From: Squalus acanthias
Taxonomy: Eukaryota
Length of the DNA stretch: 64,000 bases
Direction: 5' to 3'
Assembly (NCBI GenBank): GCA_030390025.1
Contig: CM059432.1
Span: forward strand, 36,148,001 to 36,212,000
Numbering within the stretch: the stretch's first letter is position 1; each line of letters begins with the position of its first letter. The notes beneath the pieces are model-generated. The model searched no databases. It was given only the letters and a program-made list of their open reading frames with translations, and was not told where the DNA came from. The position numbers and the translations under genes were made by a program. This document shows, in pieces, positions 34,590-44,508 of the stretch.

Positions 34590-35070
34590 AGAAGTACAGC
34601 ATAGAAGGAGGCCAATCAGTCCATCGAGTCTGCGCCGGATCTTTCAAAGAGCAACCAATTAGTCCAACTCCCCGACTCTTTCCCCATATCCCTGCAATTT
34701 TTTCTCCTTCATGTATTTATCTAATCCACTTTTGAAAGCTCCTATTGAATCTGTATCCATCACCCTATCAGGTAGTGCATTCCAAATCCTAACCACTCGT
34801 TGCATAAAAAAGTTAATTTTACCTCCTGTTGCCTCTGGTTCTTTTGCCATTCACCTTAAATCTGTACCCTCTCGTTATTGACCCTTCCGCCAATGGGAAC
34901 AGTTTCTCCTTATTTACTCTATCTAAACCCTTCATGATTTTAAAAATTTCTATCAAATCTCCTCTTACCCTTCTCTGCTCTAAGGAGAACATCCCAGCTT
35001 CTCCAATCTATCCATGTAACTGTAATTCCTCATCCCAAGAACCATTCTAGTAAATCTCTTCTGTACCCTC
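34590..35070 (-). mobile_element. CR1 3' fragment
   Basis: FFMQRVVRIWNALP...LDKYMKEKKLQGYGE in ORF 34659-34850. Confidence 0.8.
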
Positions 35071-35071
35071 C

Positions 35072-38000
35072 CTAAATAAACACTTTGTTTCTGTCTTCAT
35101 GGAGGAAGACACAAAAACCTCCCAGAAATACGAGAAAACCAAGGGTGTGATGAAAATGAGGAACTTAAAGAAATTATTATTAGTAAAAAAACAGTACTAA
35201 CAAAATTAATGGGACTAAAAGTCGATAAATCCCAAGGACCGGATGACCTACATCCTAGGGTTTTGAAAGAGGTGGCCATTGGAATAGTGGACGCATTGGT
35301 CGTCATCTTCCAAAATTCTATAGATTCTGGAACGGTTCCTGCAGATTGGAGGATAGCAAATGTAACCTCGCTATTTAAGAAAGGAGGGAGAGAGAAAATG
35401 GGGAACTGCAGACCTGTTAGCCTCACATCAGTAGTTGGGAAAATGCTGGAATCTATTTTAAAGGATGCAATAACTGGGCACTTAGAAACTAATAGTAAGA
35501 TTGGGCAGAGTCAACATGGATTTATGAAAGGGAAATCCTGTTTGACAAACTTATTGGAGTTCTTTGAGGATGTAACTAGTGGAGTAGACAAAGGGGAACC
35601 GGTAGATGTGGTGTATCTGGATTTTCAGAAGGCCTTCGATAAGGTCCCACACAAGAGGTTGGTGAACAAAATTAGGGCACATGGAATTGGGGGTAATATA
35701 CTAGCATGGATTGAGAATTGGTTAACAGACAGAAAACAAAGAGTAGGAATAAACGGGTCTTTTTCAGGATGGCAGGCTGTGACTAGTGGGGTACTGCAAG
35801 GATCGGTGCTTGGGCCCCAGCTATTCACAATCTATATCAATGATTTGGATGAGGGGACTAAATGTAACTTTTCCAAATTTGCTGATGATACAAAGCTAGG
35901 CAGTGTCAGTTGCGAAGAGGATGTGAAGAGGCTTCAAGGGGATCTCGACAGGCTCAGTGAGTGGGCGAGAACATGGCAGATGGAATATAATGTGGATAAA
36001 TGTGAAGTTATCCACTTTGATAGAAAAAACAGAAAGGCAGCGTATTTCCTAAATGGTGAAAGATTGGGGAATGCAGATGCTCAAAGGGACCTGGGTGTCC
36101 TTGTACATGAGTCACTGAAAGTGAATGTGCAGGTGCAGCAAGCCATTAGGAAGGCAAATGGTATGCTGGCCTTCATTACAAGAGGATTTGAGTACAGGAG
36201 TAAAGAAAACTTACTCCAATTATATAGGGCCTAGGTGAGACCACACCTTGGAGTACTGTGTACAATTTTGGTCTCCTTACCTAAGGAAGGATATACTTGC
36301 CATAGAGGGAGTGCAACGAAGGTTCACGAGATTGATTCCTGGGATGGCGGGACTGTCGTATGAGAAGAGATTGAGTAAACTAGGCCTGTATTCTCTTGAG
36401 TTCAGAAGAATGAGAGGGGATCTCATTGAAGCATACAAAATTATTACAGGGCTTGATAGGGTGGATGCTGGGAGAATCCTCAATCACCTTCTCCCAGTGA
36501 CTGAAGAGCTCCTCCCAGAGTCGCAATGCGGATTCCGCCCACTAAGGTGCACAATGGACATGATCTTCACCGCACGTCAATTACAAGAGAAATGCAGGGA
36601 ACAGCACCAACCACTGTACATGGCCTTCTTTGATCTCACAAAGGCCTTCGACACTGTCAACCGTGAGGGATTATGGAGTGTCCTCCTCAAATTCGGCTGC
36701 CCTCAAAAGTTTGTCACCATCCTCCGCCTGCTTCACGACGACATGCAAGCCGTGATCCTGACTAATGGTTCCACCACAGACCCAATTCACGTACGAACCG
36801 GGGTCAAGCAAGGCTGTGTCATCGCACCAACGCTCTTCTCGATCTTCCTTGCTGCAATGCTCCATCTCACTCTCAGTAAGCTCCCCGCTGGAGTGGAGCT
36901 AATTTACAGAACAAACGGGACACTGTTCAACCTCCGTCACCTCCAGTCCAGATCCAAGGTCGTCCCATCCTCTGTCGTCGAATTACAGAATGCAGACGAC
37001 GCTTGCGTCTGCGCTCACTCGGAGGTCGAACTCCAAACCATCGTCAACACCTTCACCGAAGCATACGAGAGCATGGGCCTTACACTAAACATCCGTAAGA
37101 CAAAGGTCCTCTACCAACCTGCCCCCGCCACACAGTACTGCCCCCCGATGATCAAAATCCACGACAAGGCCTTGGACAACGTGGATCACTTTCCATACCT
37201 CGGGAGCCTACTGTCAACAAGAGCAGACGTTGACGACGAAGTCCAACACCGCCTTCAGTGTGCCAGTGCAGCCTTCGGTTGCCTGAGAAAGAGAGTGTTT
37301 GAAGACCAGGACCTCAAACCCAGCACTAAGCTCATGGTCTACAGAGCAGCAGTGATACCCGCCCTGCTGTATGCCTCAGAGACATGGACCATGTACAGCA
37401 GGCACCTCAAAGCACTGGAGAGGTACCACCAACGCTGCCTCCGCAAGATCCTGCAAATCCATTGGCAGGATAGGCGCACCAACGTCAGTGTTCTTGCTCA
37501 GGCCAACATCCCCAGCATCGAAGCTTTGACCACACTCGATCAGCTCCGATGGACGGGCCACATTGTCCGCATGCCCGACACGAGACTCCCAAAACAAGCG
37601 CTCTACTCGGAGCTCCGGCACGGCAAGAGAGCCCCAGGTGGGCAGAGGAAACGCTTCAAGGACACCCTCAAAGCCTCCTTGAAAAAGTGTAACATCCCCA
37701 CCGACACCTGGGAATCCCTGGCCCAAGACCACACAAAGTGGAGGAGAAGCATCCGGGAAGGTGCCGAACACCTCGAGTCCCTTCGCCGGGAGCAAGCGGA
37801 AGCCAAGTGCAGGCAGCGCAAGGAGCGCACATCAACCCAAGCACCCCACCCACCCGCCCCTTCAACCACCGTCTGCCCCACCTGTGACAGAGACTGTAGG
37901 TCCCGCATTGGACTCATCAGTCACCTGCGAACTCATTTTTAATGTGGAAGCAAGTCATCCTCGGTTCCGAGGGACTGCCTAAGAAGAAGAAATGGTATGC

Positions 38001-38643
38001 TGGCCTTCATTACAAGAGGATTTGAGTACAGGAGTAAAGAAGTTTTACTCCAATTATATAGGGCCTAGGTGAGACCACACCTGGAGTACTGTGTACAATT
38101 TTGGTCTCCTTACCTAAGGAAGGATATACTTGCCATAGAGGGAGTGCAACGAAGGTTCACGAGATTGATTCCTGGGATGGCGGGACTGTCGTATGAGAAG
38201 AGATTGAGTAAACTAGGCCTGTATTCTCTTGAATTCAGAAGAATGAGAGGGGATCTCATTGAAGCATACAAAATTATTACAGGGCTTGATAGGATGGATG
38301 CTGGGAGAATGTTTCCCTTGGCTGGGGAGTCTAGGACCAGGGGCCACAGCCTCAAGGTAAAGGGTAGGCCATTCAGGACTGAGATGAGAAGAAATTTCTT
38401 CACACAGAGGGTGGTGAATCTTTGGAATTCTCTATCCCAGAGGGCTGTGGAGGCTCAGTCATTGGGTATATTCAAAACAGAAGTCAATAGATTTCTGACT
38501 AGTAAGGGCATCAAGGGATATGGCGATAGGTCCGGTGAATGGAGTTGAGGCAGAAGATCAGCTATGATCTCATTGAATGGCAGAGCAGGCTCGTAGGGCC
38601 GAATGGCCTACTCCTGCTCCTATTTCTTATGTTCTTATGTTCT
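35072..38643 (+). mobile_element. 5'-truncated CR1 interrupted by an RTE
   Basis: ORF 35209-36234 (RT, FADD) and 38069-38548 (C-terminus); (TTCTTATG)n tail at ~38625-38645. Confidence 0.92.
36478..37989 (+). mobile_element. 5'-truncated RTE-clade LINE with (AAG)n tail
   Basis: LPESQCGFR, QLQEKCREQ, FFDLTKAFD, GVKQGC, NADD, LRWTGH, C-terminal CPTC...H...H, short 3' UTR and AAGAAGAAG; flanked by a ~321-bp duplication. Confidence 0.92.
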
Positions 38644-39154
38644 TAAGCCTTCATGTACTTCCTAAAATGTGGTGCCCAGAATTGGACACAATACTCCAGC
38701 TGGGGCCGAACTTGTCTAATATATTTTAGTATAACTTCCTGGCTTTTGTCCTCTGTGCCTCTATTTATAAAGCCCAGGATCCCATATGCTTTATTAACTG
38801 CTCTGTTATCCTGTCCTGCCACCTTCAAAGATGTGTGCACAAACACCCCCACGTCTCTCTGTTCCTGCAGCCCCTTTAAAATTGTACCATTTAGCTTGTA
38901 TTTTCTCTCCTCATTCTTCCCACCAAAATGTATCACCTCACAATTTTCTGCGTTGAATTTCATCTGCCATGTGTCTGCCCATTCTACCAGTCTGTCTATG
39001 TCCTCTTGAAGTGTATTACTATCTTCCTCACTATTTAGTATACTTCCAAGTTTTGGTCACCTGCAAATTTTGAAATTGTGCTTTGTACTACCAAGTCCAA
39101 GTCATTAATTTATATCAAAAACAGCAATGATCCTAGTATTGAACGCTTATATTA

Positions 39155-39612
39155 GCCGATGCTCAGTTGGTAGCACTCTCGCCTCTGAGTCAGAAGATTG
39201 TGGGCTCATAGTCCCATTCCAGGGACTTGAGCACAAAAATCTAGGCTGACACTCCAGTGCAGTACTGAGGGAGTGCTGGACTGTCAGAGGTGCCATCTTT
39301 CAGATGAGATGTTAAACCTAGGCCCTGTCTGCTCTCTCAGGTGGACGTAAAAGATCCCATGGCACTATTTCAAAGAAGAGCAGGGGAGTTAACCTGGTGT
39401 CCTGGCCAATATTTATCCCTCAATCAATATCACTAAAAACAGATAATCTGGTCATTATCACATTGCTGTTTGTGGGACCTTGCTGTGCACAAATTGGCTG
39501 ACGTGTTTCCTACGTTACAACAGTGCCTACAATTCAAAAGTACTTCATTGGCTGTAAAGCACTTTGGGACGTCCTGAGGTTATGATAGGCATTATATAAA
39601 TATTTCTTTTTT
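39155..39612 (+). mobile_element. Deu-domain SINE copy
   Basis: Colinear with 19160-20008 once the CR1 insert is removed. Confidence 0.78.
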
Positions 39613-39640
39613 TTGGAGAACACCACTGTATACCTCCCTC

Positions 39641-39781
39641 CAACGTTCCCTCTCAACCGGTCCCGCGCAGCCCGGGACCGGCTTTTCAAATGTTAAATTT
39701 CGTACATGCGCGAAACTGTGAATGAGCTGTGCAACCCCTTAAAGGGGCCACGCATCCCAAAAAAAATTTAGGGGAACATTG
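39641..39781. mobile_element. 141-bp hAT-type MITE
   Basis: TIRs CAACGTTCCC / GGGAACATTG (9/10); 8-bp TSD CCTCCCTC at 39633-39640 and 39782-39789. Confidence 0.8.
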
Positions 39782-40522
39782 CCTCCCTCCAGTCCGAAAA
39801 ACAGCCATTCACCACAACTCTGTTTTCTATCCCTTAGCCAATTTTGTATCCATGTTGCTACTGCCCATTTTATCCCATGGGCTTCAATTTTGGTAACTAG
39901 CCTATTATGTGGTACTTTATCAAATGCCTTTTGAAAGTCCATATACACAACATCAACTGCACTGCCCTCATCCACCCACTCTGTTGCCTTATCAAAAAAC
40001 TCAATTAAGTTAGTCAAACATGATTTGCCTTTAACAAATCCGTGCTGGCTCTCCTTTATTAGTCCATGAAGATGTGTACTGTTGTGTGATAGATTTGGTC
40101 TTGACATCAATATGGTTACCAGTGATTTTTAATGATTTCCAATCCAAACATTTAACACACTTAAGGGGCAAAATTCATTATCGCCCAGGAATGGGCGCTA
40201 ACATCTGAAAAGTTTGAGATTTAGCGCCAGGCGCTAATGAATCTCGCTGCACGCTAAATTCAGTATCATCGCTCAAAGAAAGGATGGGAGCGCTAAATCA
40301 AATGCTAGCGGCCTAGCTCAGTGGCGATAGACTCAAAGTGCTAAGCAATTTCAGGTGCAGTCTAATCACTAGTCATCATTGCCGCAGGCTTTTTCCAGTT
40401 CTTAAAGGGGAGATTAAATCATGCTGCAGAACCTCATTCTCAGCCTTGCTGGTTCTGCAGCTGTCTCAGCCAGCAGCAGAAGGCCAAGGAGAAGGAACCC
40501 GACCACTGAAGAAGGTGTCATT

Positions 40523-42403
40523 ATGGCAGCTCAACGGCCCAGGGAGAGAGCTCGCAGATTCTGCGACCAAGCATTGGAGGCGTTGGTCTTCGCTGTGGAG
40601 AGACGGAGGGCGGTGCTGTACCCGGCAAATGGCAGGAGGCCTTCACCCCAAGTCTTCCGTGCCATGTGGAGGGAGGTTGCCCAGCAGGTCTCGGGCAGCA
40701 CTGTGGTCCCCAGGACCCACACACGGTGCAGGAAGAAATTTAACAACCTCACTCGGGTGGTCAGGGTGAGTCAATCCTTCAACAAATGCTACATACCACC
40801 ATCTGAACCTCAGTCTGCACACACTGCCCAAAGCACCACACCCCAGCACTCACCCACCAACAATCTCCACCTACCAACACTCACACCCACATCTCACACC
40901 TTGCACACAATGACAGCTATTCAACTATGGCAGGCACATCACCCAAACACATTGCTCCACACTCACTCACACACTTTCCTTTCTCTTGCAGGCCAAGGTG
41001 GCTCACAACAGGAGGGAGCAGGAGCGCACAGGCGGGGGACAAGCTGACACCCAAACACTTTCTGAGCTGGTGGAAAGAGTGCTGCGAATCATTGGGCGCC
41101 AGGTGGTGGGCGCTGTGGCCACCGGCGACGTTGCAACAACAGTATGTTCATCCCTACTCCTTCTTCTCACATCCCATTTGACCCTCAACCCACAAGCTTT
41201 TCCCACTTTCCAGCTAATCATGCTGTGTGCATGCCTTTCTCCCTTCCTGCCCCCCTCTCGTCACCTTAACCTGACTCTTGTGCCTTTATGCTTTCAGATA
41301 ATGAGCAAGCAGCTGAGCAGCCTGTCCCTGAGGGCACCATAGAGAGCGAGGCGGGAGAAGAGGAGGAAGAACACACCGTGTCACTGCATGTCTCACCCGC
41401 AGGCACCAGCTCAGATACTGGCACTACACATTCTTTAGAGGCTAGTATAGTAGTGGGATCTGCACAGGGTGAGGCACCGGGAACGAGGGGGCTGCAGCAA
41501 GGCCAGGGGGAAAGGATATCTCGGGAGTCAGCTCCCTGGAGAGCGAGTTTGCGTGTGTATTCTGCTGCACAGGACTCAGATGAATACATCGATGGGGAAG
41601 CCTTTAGAAGAAGGGTGATGGGCATGCACATGGAGATGATAGATGCAATGGCAAGGGTGCTTGAGAGCCTCTCAGCAATGGTAAGGAGCATGGAGGAGTC
41701 CGCCTCCAACATTGCACAGAGCTCTGCACACACCATGGAGCCCATCATTTGAAGTCTGCAGAGGATGGTGGCCTCCCAGAGAGACCGTGGCGACCCAGAC
41801 CTCATGTTGGGCAATGTCGCAGCATCCATTGCAGCACAGGCAGAAGCCACGCAACTTCTTAGTGCTGTAATGCAGTCTATGGTTGGTGCCATCCAATCTC
41901 AGACTGCTCTCGTGCAGTCTCAGCTTGATGCCACGCAAGCTCTGACTGCTGCCATTATGACTGGGTCGACCTCCGTCCAACGGGGCTTTCACGGTGTCGC
42001 AGCAGGCCAGCAATCTGTGCTCCAGTAGATTGATAGTGATGCTGAGGTGCTGCCCCGGGGGAGTGGCCGTGGGTCAGTGGAGCAGGAAGCTGCTGTCCTC
42101 TCTCAGGATGACAGCATTCCTGCTCCCACCGCTGCTGCTCCACCATTGCCCTTGTCTCTGCCTGTCATCCAGCCAGCCCAGACTGCTGCCGCCCATGCTG
42201 AGGTGGTGCAGTCTACAGCCGGGCCTTCCAGGCCCAGAGCTGGTCGAGGGCGTCCTGCGAGGCCATCTGAAGTCTCCCACACGGACACTCAGCAGCCTTC
42301 CACCCGCCGTGCTGCAGCCACTGGGCCAACACTTCGTAGGAGCACTAGAGTAGGCAAAGGCACAGTAACGACAGGCACTAAGGGATTGCACAAGGGTGAA
42401 TAG
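40523..42403 (+). pseudogene. Harbinger Myb/SANT-like DNA-binding protein, 3 exons (40523-40765, 40992-41141, 41298-42403)
   Basis: RF..ALEALV..V..RRAVLY...WREVA...RT...CRKKFNNL and RTGGG motifs; GT-AG sites; exon 2/3 phase off by 1 nt; two in-frame stops (41750, 42026). Confidence 0.8.
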
Positions 42404-42568
42404 CTAATATTGTTGTTGTAAATATGTGTTCACTGATTATTGATAAATTTATTAATTGGCTTTGGATGATTTTGTGGTGTCTCTCATTTCAGTTGTGCGC
42501 TGTGATATGGCCTGTGACAGGGATGGAATGATGGGGATGTGGTGAGCAACGGGGATCTGGGGTTTAAT

Positions 42569-43773
42569 TTATTGGAACCGCAGTCTGATGAGGCAGTCAC
42601 GAACCGCCCTTCCAAAAGGCTGATTGAGTGGCTGCCTCCTCCCTCGCTCTTGTTCCTCCTCCTCCTCCTCCTCCTCCTCCTCGTCTTCCTCTTCCTCCTC
42701 CTCCTCGTCCTCCTCCTCCTCTCCCTCTTCCTCCTCCTGAGATGGTCCCGCAATCCCTGGTGGCAAGGGATGGGCCCTCATGATGGCCTAGTTGTGGTGC
42801 ATGCAGCAGACCACGACGAAATGGGACACCCGCTCCGGCTAGTACTGGAGGGCTCCTCCCGAGCGGTCAAGACAGCGGAACCATTGCTTGAGCACCCCGA
42901 TGATCTGCTCGATGATGTTCCTGGTGGCAGCATGGCTCTCATTATATGAGTGCTGAGCAAGAGTGTTGGGGTTGCGGAGGGCAGTCATGAGCCAGGTGGA
43001 GAGCGGATAGCCCTTCTCTCCGAGCAGCCGGCCGCGAGCTTGATGTGGCGGCTGGAAGAGTGCTGGCACACCGGTCTGGCACAGGATGAAGGCATTGTGG
43101 CTGCTGCCAGGATAGCGGGCATTCACATTGAGGATTCGCTGTCTGTGGTTGCAAACCAACTGCACATTAAGTGAGTGGTAGCCTTTGCGGTTACGGAAGA
43201 TCTCAGGATTGTTATGTGGTGCCTGCAAAGCCACGTGGGTGCAGTCAATGGCGCCCTGCACCATGGGGAAGCCCGCTATCCTGGCAAAGCCACATGCACA
43301 TTCGTCCTGCTTCTCTCTGGTGATGGGGAAGGAAATGTAGTCCCTTCTCCTACTGTAGAGAGCCTCTGTGACCTCCCATATGCAGCGATGGATGGCGAAC
43401 TGCGAGATGTTAGCTATATATCCTGTTGCAGACTAGAGGAACTGCTGGCGAAGAAATTGAGGGCAACGGTGACCTTGACTGCCACTGAGAGCGCTGTGGT
43501 CGACCTGATCTGAAGCTCGAGGTCTGGTTGCAGGAGGTGGCAGAGTTCTGTGACCACATCCTTGTTGAAGCGGAGCCTTCTAATGCACTGCTCCTCGCTT
43601 AATTGGAGGCAGGAGAAGTGCTCTCGGAATACCCTCGGAGGGTAAGGCCTCCTGTTGAGAGCCCTGATGGCCCTCCTCCTCCCTCTGGCCACATCTTGCA
43701 ATCTTTCTCGCTGCCTCCGCTCCCTCCACAGTAGATCCTGGAGGGCGAGGTCGACTGCCAGTACAGCGCCCAT
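42569..43773 (-). pseudogene. Harbinger (HARBI1-like) DDE transposase, disrupted
   Basis: RRLRF, VALNFFA, VQGAIDCTHV, NRKGYHSLNVQ, YPGS, LLGEKGY (GD changed to GE), YNESH..TRNIIEQ..GVLK.WFRCL; poly-Glu tail; frameshifts and stops. Confidence 0.88.
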
Positions 43774-44374
43774 TAATGTAACGATGTGTAGCACTTTGAA
43801 AATGTTGTCAGAATAAATGTAACAAACTTTTAGCAGCCACAACACTCCTGATACTAAAAAAACCTTTAAATGACTGAATTAAATTCTTGCACAATCGCAA
43901 ACTGACAAGGAAGCAGTGAAACAGCACGAACCTGACAGCTGTGACTGGTCCCTTTAAATATCGGCCCTGGAGCCGCCATCTGCCTGCTTGACACCTCCTC
44001 TTCCTGTCGTTGTCGGGGTGAGGCACTAAGGCAGGGGGCGATAATCAATTTGGCAGATCGGGCGCTGAGTGAGCATTGCACGCTCACTGACGCCACGATC
44101 TGCCTGGTGCTAAAGCCCAGGCGCTAACTGTTAGCGGCGGCGCTAAGGGGCAACAGGATTTGGCTTGCGGCGCTGGATTCGCCTCGCCCCGGCGCTACTT
44201 CATTAGCGCCCCGTTAGCTCCCCCGCCAGGCGCTAACGGGAGGCGCTAACCAACCGAATTTCTCCCTCTTAATGTCTAAGCAAGAACATATACAGAGATT
44301 TGAACCCGTTATAAAAAACTTTTGCGATTACAGCTTTATTTCTGAAACTTTCGCTAATACTACATATTTAAAAT

Positions 44375-44436
44375 GAAAGAAAGGGTGCCAAAATGCAAGT
44401 TCGCCCAGGGCGCCATTTTCCCTAAGGCCGGCCCTG
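44375..44436. mobile_element. Possible hAT transposon end fragment
   Basis: Ends in CCTAAGGCCGGCCCTG (reverse complement CAGGGCCGGCC, a hAT-like TIR); partner end not found. Confidence 0.4.
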
Positions 44437-44471
44437 CTTGCTTAAAACCTGTTACATCTCTAACTTTTTCC

Positions 44472-44508
44472 AGTTCTGATGAAAGGTCATCGACCTGAAA
44501 CGTTAACT
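44472..44508 (+). ncRNA. Minimal hammerhead motif in a short Penelope pseudo-LTR fragment (44437-44572)
   Basis: AGTT-CTGATGA-A-AGGTC/ATC/GACCT-GAAAC-GTT-AACT. Confidence 0.75.

Larger units (their letters stand above)
38644..40062 (-). mobile_element. Decayed CR1 fragment containing a SINE and a hAT-type MITE
   Basis: ORFs 38643-38963 and 39739-40110 (QHGFVKGKSCLTNL, MDFQKAFD). Confidence 0.82.
40164..44268. mobile_element. PIF/Harbinger DNA transposon with two convergent genes, inactivated
   Basis: TTA on both flanks; imperfect TIRs AGGGGCAAAATTC / GAATTTCTCCCTC; many subterminal GGCGCTAA/TTAGCGCC motifs; Myb-like gene on +, DDE nuclease on -. Confidence 0.9.

Noticed and set aside
36248..37942. 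564-aa ORF that looks like a novel CR1-RTE fusion protein
   Set aside because: Chance in-frame junction at the RTE 5' truncation point (DAGR/ILNH); starts at TTG after a stop, has no endonuclease, and the RT motif is NADD
42484..42949. Poly-Arg and poly-Leu ORFs
   Set aside because: Alternative frames of the (CCT)n tract that encodes the transposase poly-Glu tail
40523..43773. Domesticated host genes HARBI1/NAIF1
   Set aside because: Enclosed by TIRs and a TTA TSD and disrupted by stops and frameshifts, so it is a transposon copy
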